Notes: generated by a model from the sequence alone, not told the origin. Counted from the first letter of the stretch, positions 1 to 8,338 are shown. The stretch is DNA of 64,000 nucleotides from Anaerolineales bacterium (GCA_024763275.1 JANTFT010000001.1:63457-127456), one strand, 5' to 3'. A program made the numbers and translations.

Positions 1-22
1 TAGTGAGAGTGTATCCATACCG

Positions 23-1351
23 TCAGGGTATCCAGCCGGGGGCGAAGCCGTTGATGATCAGGCGCAGGGCATCCTCGCCGCTGGACTCAATCAGCCAGAT
101 CTCGGGTGGTTCGGAAAGGGCAGCCTGGTTGTAGCGCACGTATGCCAGCCGCTCTCCATCCGGATGCCAGGCAAATGACGTGTGCTGGTAGTCAACCTCC
201 TCGGTCAAGGGAAATGTTTCCCCGCTGTCCAGATCCATCACCCACAGCTGTCTGCCGGGAGTCCATTCCTGAGGTTTGAGCGATTTGCGGCTGAAAGCAA
301 ATCGCAATCCCTGAGGAGCGAAGCTGGGATTAAGGTCCTCCAGGAAGTTTCCCTGGGTGAGGTCCCTGGAGTTCTTCTCCACCAGGTCAAAGAGCTGCAG
401 GTGGCGGGGAGCGAGAGTTTCGCTGACGAACAGGATCTCTGAAGTCAGGAAATAGCGCCCGTCCGCTGACCAGCTTCCGTCCCCGCCGGTATCGTTAGCC
501 AGGAAGAGCGTTTTGTCGGATATCGGGTTCCAGAACTGGTATCCTTTGTGGGTTTGGTTGTAATAGGCCAGCCAGCCGGCAGGGGACCAGAGTGGTTTTT
601 CCAGATATTCATCCGGCGATCCCAGATCGCGGTAAGTTTGTTCCGGGATACTATATACTCTGACCCCGGGTTTTGATTCTGGCTGGTCGGAAATGAACTC
701 AAAGGCCAGCCAGTTACCGTCCGCTGACAGCTGGGGGGCTGTACACAGGCCATCCTGGCAGTTTATGATCCGGGTTTCCTCTTCAGACCCCGGGTCCAGG
801 AAAATGATCTGGCTTGTACCGCTCTCTCCAGGGGTGCTGAATATGATGCTCTCTCTGTCGGGGGAGATGGAATAAGCCAACACTCCAGCAGTCAGGTCCG
901 TTAAAGCCTCGCTTTCGCCGTTTACGGGGTTGATCTTGTAAAGATTGCTGACCCCGTCTGCCGGCCAGAGGTAGACCAGTGATGTGGGACTGACCGGCCA
1001 GTTCACCTGTAACTCCCGCAGCAAGGGCAGTCTCAACCTCGATTTTGATCCTCTGCCAATTTGCAGAGTGACTGTTCCGCCTGAAGGCCAGATTCTCAGA
1101 GGTGTGAAAGTGATTATCCTGTGGTCCTCATCCCAGCTGATTTCCCCATCATAATCCGGCGAGAGACTGAGATGCTCCTCAACGCTGGCCGGATCCATCG
1201 GTCGATTGAAGGAGACCTGGAGGGTTTGCCGACCCTGAATTTCCCCCGGATCGGGAAAGGTAGAGTCCACCCGGGGGAGCAGCAGCCAGCCAAGCAGCAA
1301 ACCAGCTACCAGCAGAGCAATACCGAGCAAAATCCCGGTTTTCCAGTTCAT
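23..1351 (-). CDS. membrane-anchored beta-propeller protein (TolB/PD40-like repeats) with N-terminal Ig-like domain
   Basis: ORF 23..1417. Starting at ATG 1351 gives an N-terminal anchor MNWKTGILLGIALLVAGLLLGWLLL. Repeated PD40-type motifs (SADGNWLAFEF, SADGRYFLTS, HPDGERLAYV). TATAAT lies 6 nt upstream of ATG 1351. Confidence 0.6.
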   Translation of the reverse strand: MNWKTGILLGIALLVAGLLLGWLLLPRVDSTFPDPGEIQGRQTLQVSFNRPMDPASVEEHLSLSPDYDGEISWDEDHRIITFTPLRIWPSGGTVTLQIGRGSKSRLRLPLLRELQVNWPVSPTSLVYLWPADGVSNLYKINPVNGESEALTDLTAGVLAYSISPDRESIIFSTPGESGTSQIIFLDPGSEEETRIINCQDGLCTAPQLSADGNWLAFEFISDQPESKPGVRVYSIPEQTYRDLGSPDEYLEKPLWSPAGWLAYYNQTHKGYQFWNPISDKTLFLANDTGGDGSWSADGRYFLTSEILFVSETLAPRHLQLFDLVEKNSRDLTQGNFLEDLNPSFAPQGLRFAFSRKSLKPQEWTPGRQLWVMDLDSGETFPLTEEVDYQHTSFAWHPDGERLAYVRYNQAALSEPPEIWLIESSGEDALRLIINGFAPGWIP

Positions 1352-1357
1352 AAGGCA

Positions 1358-1363
1358 ATTATA
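1358..1363 (-). promoter_or_regulatory. -10 box TATAAT, 6 nt upstream of ATG 1351 (leaderless-type arrangement)
   Basis: Minus-strand sequence reads TATAAT-tgcctt-ATG. No Shine-Dalgarno can fit in the gap. The -35 region is weak. Confidence 0.4.
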
Positions 1364-1457
1364 ATCGACTTCTACCCGCACCGGTTTGTCCGGGGATTCG
1401 CCTTCTAATAAAAGCATTTTACAGCTTTGAGAGGCCCGGATTTCCCCCTGGATAACA

Positions 1458-1466
1458 TGGTAGAAT
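1458..1466 (+). promoter_or_regulatory. extended -10 TGgTAGAAT, 7 nt upstream of ATG 1474
   Basis: Sequence catggTAGAATgagggccATG. The ORF-track ATG at 1465 lies inside the -10 hexamer, so 1474 is the more likely (leaderless) start. Confidence 0.4.
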
Positions 1467-1473
1467 GAGGGCC

Positions 1474-2496
1474 ATGAAACGCTGGCAGTTCTGGGTAGGG
1501 TTGGTGATCAGCGCCGGCTTCCTGTACCTGGCCTTGCGCGGCCTGGAACTCAGCGAAGTCTGGGGTCCGCTGCGAACGGCCCGCTACTGGTGGCTGCTGC
1601 CGGGGGTTGGGGTCTATTTTGTTGCTGTGTGGGTCCGGGCCTGGCGCTGGCACTACCTGCTCCGCCCCGTGAAAGTAGTACCTACCCCGAAGATGTTCCC
1701 CATTGTGGCTATAGGTTATATGGGCAACAACATTTACCCTGCTCGGGCCGGCGAGGTACTGCGAGCATATGTCCTCAAGCAGAAAGAGGACGTTTCTATC
1801 TCGGCCTCCCTGGCAACCGTGATTGTGGAGCGGATCTTTGACGGTGTGGTCATGCTGGGATTTGTGTTCTTGAATCTGCCAGAATTGGCTACCCTGACTG
1901 GCTCATCAGGTTTTATCGGCAATATTCAGACCCTGGCTTTATGGGGATCTGTCGCGTTTCTGGGTGCTCTGGCGGTATTCCTGCTGGCTGCTATGTTCCC
2001 CATTCGGGCCGAAAAAGTGATTACCAGGCTGGTGGGAATATTTCTACCCGAAAGAATCCGCCAGGCTGTCCTTGAGGTCGTGCTCAAGTTCCTCCACGGC
2101 CTGGAGTCCCTCCGCTCTCCCCGGGAAGCGATCATGGTGCTGATCACCTCCATTATCATCTGGCTGCTGGAAACCGGAAAATACTGGCTGGTGATGCATG
2201 CCTTTGATTTTCAGGTGAGCTTTTTTGCGCTGATGCTCATGAATGGAATTGTCAATCTGGCAACCACGATTCCATCTGCCCCGGGCTACCTGGGTACCTT
2301 CGATGGCCCTGGCATTGCGGTTTTATCCGCTTTCGGTGTCGATCAGGGAGTGGCCACCGGATACACCCTGGTGCTGCATGCTGCCCTGTGGTTCCCGATC
2401 ACCCTGCTGGGTGGGTATTTCATGCTCCGCGAAGGGATCCGCTGGCAGTCCGGTAAAGTGATTGATCAGGAGCTTGAGGCTTCTGAGGGAGAATAA
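1474..2496 (+). CDS. flippase-like / lysylphosphatidylglycerol-synthase transmembrane-domain family (UPF0104) membrane protein
   Basis: Polytopic membrane protein. The N-terminal pattern WxFWxGLxISxxFLYLALRG and the basic WxRAWRW loop are typical of this family as I recall it. Confidence 0.65.
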   Translation: MKRWQFWVGLVISAGFLYLALRGLELSEVWGPLRTARYWWLLPGVGVYFVAVWVRAWRWHYLLRPVKVVPTPKMFPIVAIGYMGNNIYPARAGEVLRAYVLKQKEDVSISASLATVIVERIFDGVVMLGFVFLNLPELATLTGSSGFIGNIQTLALWGSVAFLGALAVFLLAAMFPIRAEKVITRLVGIFLPERIRQAVLEVVLKFLHGLESLRSPREAIMVLITSIIIWLLETGKYWLVMHAFDFQVSFFALMLMNGIVNLATTIPSAPGYLGTFDGPGIAVLSAFGVDQGVATGYTLVLHAALWFPITLLGGYFMLREGIRWQSGKVIDQELEASEGE

Positions 2497-2562
2497 TTAA
2501 AGCTGTATAATAAATATTGATTGCGAATGAGGGCAGTGTGTCTTGTTCAAGGAGATTAGATC

Positions 2563-3207
2563 ATGGACCAGCCTAAAAAAAGAAACCCCTATCGGGTATT
2601 GATCGCGGATGACGTTCTGGAAACCCGCCGGAATACCCGTTTGATGCTGGCTGACAATCCCATGGTGGATATTGTAGCCATTGCCCACAACGGCCGGGAG
2701 GCTGTAGAACTGGCGAAGAAACATCAGCCTGATATTGCCCTGATGGACATCAATATGCCGGAAATGAACGGATTTGAGGCCTTTCAGGAAATGTACAACA
2801 TCTTCCCCACCATGGCCTGTGTGATCATTTCTGCTGAGGATGACAACCAATCATTTCGGTCGGCAATGAATGTGGGCGCCAGGGAGTACCTGGTGAAACC
2901 CTTTACAGTTTATCAGTTGAATAATGCCATTAAGCGGGTTGGAGATATCGTTAAAGCTGAGCGGGAAAAAGCCGATGTGGCTGAACGCCTCCGCAAGCAG
3001 CGGGCAGCCTACCTGCTGCAGCTGGCACATGAATATTCCAAATCCAGGCGGACCGACGACGAAGCCCTGGAAGTCTTTGAGCAGCTGGCGGCCAATCCAA
3101 AATGCGAACTGCGCTGGCTGCGAACTCTGGCGATGCTCTATATCATTCGCCAGGAGTGGAGGAAGCTCCAGGTGCTGTCCGGTCGGCTGGCCCGCCAGTT
3201 TGGCTAA
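2563..3207 (+). CDS. response regulator (CheY-like receiver) with uncharacterised helical C-terminal domain
   Basis: Receiver motifs: LIADD acidic pocket, phospho-acceptor context IALMDINMPEMNG, and KPF. AAGGAGA SD upstream. Confidence 0.8.
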   Translation: MDQPKKRNPYRVLIADDVLETRRNTRLMLADNPMVDIVAIAHNGREAVELAKKHQPDIALMDINMPEMNGFEAFQEMYNIFPTMACVIISAEDDNQSFRSAMNVGAREYLVKPFTVYQLNNAIKRVGDIVKAEREKADVAERLRKQRAAYLLQLAHEYSKSRRTDDEALEVFEQLAANPKCELRWLRTLAMLYIIRQEWRKLQVLSGRLARQFG

Positions 3208-3231
3208 CTTTTTCCATTAAAGGACCAATCA

Positions 3232-4509
3232 ATGAAAATAGCCGTAGTTGGCGCTGGTTACGCGGGTTTGGCAGCGGCCTACGACCTTACCCGGGCAGGC
3301 CACCAGGTGGTCATTTATGAGGCTCAGGATAGGGCTGGAGGGCTGGCTGTCGGTTTTAAGGAGCCCCACTGGGACTGGTCTGTGGAAGCGTTTTACCACC
3401 ACTGGTTCGCTTCTGATGAGCATGTGCTGGGACTGATCGATGAGCTGGGACATTCTGAAAAGGTCCGCTTTCCACGCCCCTATACCGTGATGCTTTATCA
3501 GGATAAGTGGTATCCCTTTGATTCGGTCCTGCAGGCGCTGCTCTTCCCCGGGCTGGGCTGGGGAATCAACAAAGTCCGCTTTGGGCTGGTAGGTCTCTAT
3601 CTGCGCCTGACCAAGAACTGGCAGTCGATGGAAAATACCACCGTGGATGCCTGGATGCGCAAATGGGCCGGTAAACAGGTTTATGAGACCATGTGGGAGC
3701 CGATGCTCAAAGGTAAGTTTGGTTCCTACTACAAAGACGTGAATATGGCCTGGATGTGGGCCAGGTTTCACGCCCGGACTTCCCGGCTGGGCACCTACCA
3801 GGGAGGATTTCAGGCCTTTACGGATGACTTTGTGGGAATCCTAGAAGAACTGGGTGTGCAATTCCATTTATCAACGCCTGTAACCGCTATTTCTGCTGAT
3901 CTGGAAGTAAGCACAGCGAGCGAAACCGAGAAATATGACCGGGTACTGGTAACCACCTCCCCCGGGCTGCTGTCAAGGATGGTGCCCGCCCTGCCAGAAA
4001 GCTATCAGGCCGGTTTGGGGAAGTTGAAAAGCATGGGAGCGATCGTGCTGACCATGGCTATGTCCCACCAGCTCTCCAATCAGGGTTATTACTGGTACAA
4101 CATACCCAAGGAGCAGGGTTTTCCCTTCCTGGCAGTGGTTGAGCATACCAACTACCTCTCCCCGGAATACTTCGGGGGAGACCATATTATTTATTGTGGG
4201 GATTACCGCGACGCTGATCATCCCTATTTTTCCCTCTCTGAAAAGGAAATCAAAGCTCTTTTCCTGCCGCATTTAAAGAAAATAAATCCAGACTTCGATC
4301 CTTCCTGGGTGAGAAAAACCTGGCTATACCGGGCCAAATATGCCCAGCCGGTGCCGGAGCTCAATCATTCCCAATCCATTCCCCCTCTGGTGACGCCCAT
4401 CCCCGGTTTGTATTTTGCCAGCATGAGTCAGGTTTATCCCTGGGACCGGGGAACCAACTTTGCAGTGGAAATCGGCCGCAGAGCTGCCTCCCTTATCCTG
4501 GGAGAGTAG
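3232..4509 (+). CDS. FAD/NAD(P)-binding oxidoreductase (amine-oxidase / phytoene-desaturase-like fold)
   Basis: N-terminal dinucleotide-binding motif MKIAVVGAGYAGLAAAY...YEA..R.GG. Length about 425 aa. Confidence 0.7.
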   Translation: MKIAVVGAGYAGLAAAYDLTRAGHQVVIYEAQDRAGGLAVGFKEPHWDWSVEAFYHHWFASDEHVLGLIDELGHSEKVRFPRPYTVMLYQDKWYPFDSVLQALLFPGLGWGINKVRFGLVGLYLRLTKNWQSMENTTVDAWMRKWAGKQVYETMWEPMLKGKFGSYYKDVNMAWMWARFHARTSRLGTYQGGFQAFTDDFVGILEELGVQFHLSTPVTAISADLEVSTASETEKYDRVLVTTSPGLLSRMVPALPESYQAGLGKLKSMGAIVLTMAMSHQLSNQGYYWYNIPKEQGFPFLAVVEHTNYLSPEYFGGDHIIYCGDYRDADHPYFSLSEKEIKALFLPHLKKINPDFDPSWVRKTWLYRAKYAQPVPELNHSQSIPPLVTPIPGLYFASMSQVYPWDRGTNFAVEIGRRAASLILGE

Positions 4510-4715
4510 CCTCCCCCAGCCCCCTTCTGCCGGGGAGTTATCTCTCCGGCGGAGTGTTTTAAGTCATTTTCTCCTGGAATGTTATTCTAGGGGTGATAAA
4601 TGTCTGCCCTTTTATGAGTTTTTCCACTTTTAATTTGGACCCCTTTTGAGTATAGTACTCTCATTATTGGCAGCAGCCTGGACCTGGGGGAAAGTCAGGC
4701 CAGTACTGTCAGACG

Positions 4716-5204
4716 ATGAGGATGGAAATGGAAGCCGATTTGTTGGAGCGTTTTGCATTCATTGAGGGATTCTCAACGGAACAGGTCGCTGCCTTGAGCC
4801 CGCTGATCTCTGATATCAGATTTGAGGCTGGTCAGGTGATCTTTTCTCAGGGCGACCAGGCGGATTACCTGTATTTTGTGCTTGATGGCAGTGTGTCTAT
4901 CAGATTCAAACCTGAGGATGGGCCGGTTCTGTCCGTGGCGGAAGTCAATCAAGGGGATGTGTTTGGTTGGTCTTCAGCTCTGGGCAGCTGCTGTTATACC
5001 TCGTCCGCGGTCTGCACCGCTAGTGGTTTATTTATCAGGATTTACGGCCAGGATTTGAAGAACCTCTGTCAGGAATATCCGGAAACGGGTATACTGATAT
5101 TGAATCGCCTGGCCGGGGTGATTGCCCAGCGCTTGCGGGGTACTCATGAGCAAGTTGTGGCACTGCTCCATCGGGGATTGAATCATACAGAGCCCGGAGG
5201 TTAA
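4716..5204 (+). CDS. cyclic-nucleotide-binding (cNMP/CRP-type beta-barrel) domain protein, no DNA-binding domain
   Basis: Pattern F..G..IF.QGD.AD.LYFVL.G.V.I... plus GDVFG, typical of the cNMP-binding fold. Only 162 aa. Confidence 0.65.
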   Translation: MRMEMEADLLERFAFIEGFSTEQVAALSPLISDIRFEAGQVIFSQGDQADYLYFVLDGSVSIRFKPEDGPVLSVAEVNQGDVFGWSSALGSCCYTSSAVCTASGLFIRIYGQDLKNLCQEYPETGILILNRLAGVIAQRLRGTHEQVVALLHRGLNHTEPGG

Positions 5205-5205
5205 T

Positions 5206-5451
5206 ATGAGCGAAGTTGAAAATGATCTGCGAGTTGAACAGATGGAAAATCTCATTGAAAGCATCAGCGCTTATATTGAACAGTACCACGGTGGATCTGC
5301 CAAATTGGTGTCTTTTGAGGGCAATGTAGTTAAGGTACAGCTTGGTGGGTCCTGCCTGGGCTGTCCGCTCTCAGCCGCGACCCTGAAAGGCTGGGTCCAG
5401 GGAACCATCCATCAATTCTTTCCTGAGGTAACGGTTGAATCGGCTGACTGA
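5206..5451 (+). CDS. NifU/Nfu-type Fe-S cluster scaffold domain protein
   Basis: 81 aa with GGSCLGCP (CxxC) in the usual Nfu C-terminal-domain context. GGAGG SD. Start abuts the stop of the upstream gene. Confidence 0.7.
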   Translation: MSEVENDLRVEQMENLIESISAYIEQYHGGSAKLVSFEGNVVKVQLGGSCLGCPLSAATLKGWVQGTIHQFFPEVTVESAD

Positions 5452-5630
5452 AAGCAGCCGATCTTAAGCTTGATCCATCGTAAGTCGGTCAAACACTGTA
5501 GCACACCTGCATCCCCCTCGGGGGGTTTGCCCTTTAAGGTCTGATAATGGAGATGCATTGCTGATTGTCTGCAGGAATGGGTTTTTGAAAAGAATACGGT
5601 GATTGAAATCGGAATTGCAAGTCGATACAA

Positions 5631-5666
5631 GTAGGGACCTGGTCCCTTAAGGGACCCGGTCCCTAC
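5631..5666. terminator. 36-nt near-perfect palindrome between convergent genes (bidirectional terminator candidate)
   Basis: gtagggacctggtcccttaagggacccggtccctac. 17 of 18 possible pairs form. It ends 3 nt from the stop of the cooC-like gene. Confidence 0.5.
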
Positions 5667-5669
5667 TTA

Positions 5670-6461
5670 TCATAATCCCAAGCTTTTCTCCAGCATGGAC
5701 GCCGCAGCCTGGTATACGGGGGAATCGTCTCCCAGCTCCAGCAGAGGCCTCCCGTCAAAGTCGAATTCCATCACGTTATCATCAGCGGGAATGGGCCCCA
5801 GGAAGGGAACTTCCAGTTTATCAATTCGTTCCTGGAGGGGTGGGGGTATCTCCCCGGGCACCCGGTTGAGGATGAAATATGTATTCTTGACTTTGATTTG
5901 CAGCTCATCCTTGAGTTCAACGATATTGGCGGCCGCGGCCAGCCCCCGCTGGGTAGGGCCGCTGATGATGAACAGATGGTCGACGTCCTCGGTGGTCCGC
6001 CGGCTGAGATGTTCCATGCCGGCTTCATTGTCCATCACCACGTAAGGATAACTGTGGCTCAACTTATCCAGGATTTCCCTCAGGTTGTGGTTTACCGCGC
6101 AGTAGCAGCCGGGTCCTTCCGATCGGCCCATTGCGATCAGATCGAAATCATCGCTTTCGATCAGCGAGGAATGGATCTCGTAGTCCAGGTAGTCATGTTT
6201 CGACATCCCACCGCCAATGCTGCCTCTGGCTGCCCCGGTGACGTTCTGGGCACTCTGTACCTGCTCGAGCATACCCTCCCGGATGCCTCCGATTGTGTAG
6301 TCTAGGTCAACACCCAGGACCATGTTCAAGTTCGCGCTGGGATCGGCATCGATGGCCAGAATGGGCCCTTTGCCCTTGTTGATCAGATATTTGATAATCA
6401 TGGCAGAAAAGGTGGTTTTTCCGGTTCCGCCCTTTCCTGCCACAGCGATAGTGGTGGTCAT
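5670..6461 (-). CDS. cooC: CooC/AcsF-type nickel-insertion ATPase (MinD/ParA fold)
   Basis: Deviant Walker A AVAGKGGTGKTT and a CxC metal motif GPGCYCAVN. Confidence 0.75.
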   Translation of the reverse strand: MTTTIAVAGKGGTGKTTFSAMIIKYLINKGKGPILAIDADPSANLNMVLGVDLDYTIGGIREGMLEQVQSAQNVTGAARGSIGGGMSKHDYLDYEIHSSLIESDDFDLIAMGRSEGPGCYCAVNHNLREILDKLSHSYPYVVMDNEAGMEHLSRRTTEDVDHLFIISGPTQRGLAAAANIVELKDELQIKVKNTYFILNRVPGEIPPPLQERIDKLEVPFLGPIPADDNVMEFDFDGRPLLELGDDSPVYQAAASMLEKSLGL

Positions 6462-6468
6462 AGATAAG

Positions 6469-7263
6469 CTACTCCTGTATAAATTCTTTCGGGTAAGGCT
6501 CCAGTAATTTTGCGGCGATCATCTCTGCGGATCCCTTTAGGGCGGGTACGTGGTCATAAACTGCCACGCCAATCCGGTCAGCATCCAGCACCCCCAGATC
6601 CATGGGCAGGGTTCCCAGCAGGGGAAGGCCGGGAGAGTTCGCTTGAAGGAACTCGATCTCTTCTTCTGTGCGGATCTTGTTGCCCACCAGCCAGAGGCGA
6701 TTCAATCCGATATCTTTGGAAAGGCTCTTGATCTGGGCCGCGGTTCCCAGGCTGCGCTGAGTGGGCTCGACCACGACGATCATTGCATCCACAAAGTCAA
6801 CCGTCGCCCGCCCCAGGTGTTCAACTCCGGCATACATGTCAATGATCAGCACTTCGTCATCGCGGAACAGCAGGTGAGTGAAGAGGGTCTTTAACATAGC
6901 GCTTTCCGGGCAGATGCAGCCTGACCCTCCTAGGTCTACGCTGCCCATTTCCAACAGGCGGACATCCCGGTATTTGACGCTGAAACGATCCGGTATGTCG
7001 TCAACCCGCGGGTTGATGGTGAAAAAACCACCCGTAGTTCCCGGTTTGGCACCCGTGCGCTCCTCGATCAGCTGGTCCATTTCTGCGATCGGGCTCAACT
7101 TTTCCCGCAGCTCCGCGGGCAGACCGAGAGCCCCGGCCAGGCAGGGTGAAGGATCCGCGTCAACAGCCAGAACATCCTTGCCCTGGTCAGCAAAGTACTG
7201 GGCCAGGAGAGCTGAGAGGGTGGTTTTGCCGACGCCCCCCTTTCCGCTGATAGCTAGTTTCAT
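6469..7263 (-). CDS. cooC: CooC-type CO dehydrogenase maturation (Ni-insertion) ATPase
   Basis: MKLAISGKGGVGKTT Walker A and a GSGCICPES CxC motif. Collinear by eye with Carboxydothermus CooC1 as I remember it. AAGGAG SD before ATG 7263. Confidence 0.8.
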   Translation of the reverse strand: MKLAISGKGGVGKTTLSALLAQYFADQGKDVLAVDADPSPCLAGALGLPAELREKLSPIAEMDQLIEERTGAKPGTTGGFFTINPRVDDIPDRFSVKYRDVRLLEMGSVDLGGSGCICPESAMLKTLFTHLLFRDDEVLIIDMYAGVEHLGRATVDFVDAMIVVVEPTQRSLGTAAQIKSLSKDIGLNRLWLVGNKIRTEEEIEFLQANSPGLPLLGTLPMDLGVLDADRIGVAVYDHVPALKGSAEMIAAKLLEPYPKEFIQE

Positions 7264-7289
7264 GTCTTGCTCCTTATCATAAACGTGAT

Positions 7290-7925
7290 TCAAACAGCTT
7301 CAGTCAATTTCCCCGTGAGCATGCTCGCCAGAATGGCAGAGCCCTCTGTGGGTAAGTAGTTATCGATGTTGTCTTCAAAGAGGATTTTATAGGAGGGAGG
7401 AAAATCCTCATCCCCTTCCCAGAGCACCACCAGCAGCGCCAATTTGGGGAATATCTGGTGCCGGTAGGCGCTGTCGCCAAAGCTGGTTTTTTCACCCCCG
7501 AGCTGCTGGTTGGCTTGATGGAAAGCCTGATAGTCTTCCCCGAAGACCCTGAACAGCACCTTGGATGTGTAGCCCTGAAAAGCAGCGTTGTAAAATTGTC
7601 CTTCTTCCAGTTCGGAAAAAGAGATCCATTTTGCCGCCAGGGGACAACTCCTGGGGGTGGAGAAATAATACAGGATCATGGCCTGGTGCACAGAAGGAAG
7701 AACCTGCTGGGTCTCTCGGTCCCTGGCGATATAATCCTGGCAGGAGAGTTCGACCGGCTTGTTCCAGTACTGAAAGGTGAAGGACGCGCTCTCCCCGGCC
7801 CCTTCCAGGGCGGCCCCTGTGAACTCTGCCAACCGCCCCGGTTCGGCTTTCAGCAGAGCGGCCTGAAGTTCATCAACCCGGCGTTCCAGAGGTTTCTGGT
7901 CCTTGTCGATTGTAAACTCACTCAT
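7290..7925 (-). CDS. conserved hypothetical protein, operon partner of the two CooC ATPases (possibly DUF3786-like)
   Basis: ORF 7290..8012, with ATG 7925 preferred (MSEFTIDK). Stop is 27 nt upstream of the cooC start. The family assignment is memory-based and weak. Confidence 0.5.
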   Translation of the reverse strand: MSEFTIDKDQKPLERRVDELQAALLKAEPGRLAEFTGAALEGAGESASFTFQYWNKPVELSCQDYIARDRETQQVLPSVHQAMILYYFSTPRSCPLAAKWISFSELEEGQFYNAAFQGYTSKVLFRVFGEDYQAFHQANQQLGGEKTSFGDSAYRHQIFPKLALLVVLWEGDEDFPPSYKILFEDNIDNYLPTEGSAILASMLTGKLTEAV

Positions 7926-8057
7926 AGCTAATTTCCCTGTCTGGCGTGGTTCCGCCCGGTAAAGACCTATAATACCATGCTGAACATTGAAGTTGGTTTT
8001 GTCACACAGCATCAGATATATTTCTTATCTTTTTGAATTGCTCCGGAAAATTTGCTC

Positions 8058-8086
8058 TTGACCGCCCCGGTCAGGGATGTTACACT
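8058..8086 (+). promoter_or_regulatory. sigma70-type promoter TTGACC-17 nt-TACACT
   Basis: Hexamers at 8058-8063 and 8081-8086 with exactly 17-nt spacing. The -35 overlaps the palindrome TGACCG-ccc-CGGTCA. Confidence 0.6.
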
Positions 8087-8120
8087 ACCGACTGTTCGGT
8101 AATATTAGAAAGGCGGAAGA

Positions 8121-8195
8121 ATGAACATGCTCAATGCTGTAAAAGCTGTATCCGGCGGATACGCAAATCTGTCTGGGAGGGTTCCCTGCGCTTGA
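8121..8195 (+). CDS. 24-codon small ORF (candidate leader peptide) MNMLNAVKAVSGGYANLSGRVPCA
   Basis: ATG 8121 is preceded by the purine-rich AAAGGCGGAAGA. Stop TGA at 8193-8195. The last codons overlap one strand of a putative antiterminator. Confidence 0.3.
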   Translation: MNMLNAVKAVSGGYANLSGRVPCA

Positions 8196-8222
8196 GCTTG
8201 TTAATATCCTAACACCTCTAAA

Positions 8223-8256
8223 GCTCCGGGAACATCAGAACCCGGGGCTTTTTTCT
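8223..8256 (+). terminator. intrinsic terminator T1
   Basis: Stem gctccggg (8223-8230) pairs with cccggggc (8241-8248): 8 bp including one G.U. 10-nt loop, followed by TTTTTTCTT. Confidence 0.65.
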
Positions 8257-8265
8257 TAATCGGAT

Positions 8266-8297
8266 CAGGCCGCGGGTTGCCCGCGGCCTGTTTTGTT
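8266..8297 (+). terminator. intrinsic terminator T2
   Basis: Perfect 11-bp stem caggccgcggg / cccgcggcctg with a 3-nt loop, followed by TTTTGTT. Confidence 0.75.
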
Positions 8298-8338
8298 AAA
8301 ACAGGCAGTCAACCGAGGGTTATGCAAGGAAAACTGCA

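Noticed and set aside
4655-4680. Palindrome GAGTA-tag-TACTC overlapping a TATAGT hexamer upstream of the cNMP-binding protein gene
   Set aside because: The inverted repeat has only 5-bp arms and there is no convincing -35. It is too weak to call as a promoter or operator without comparative data.
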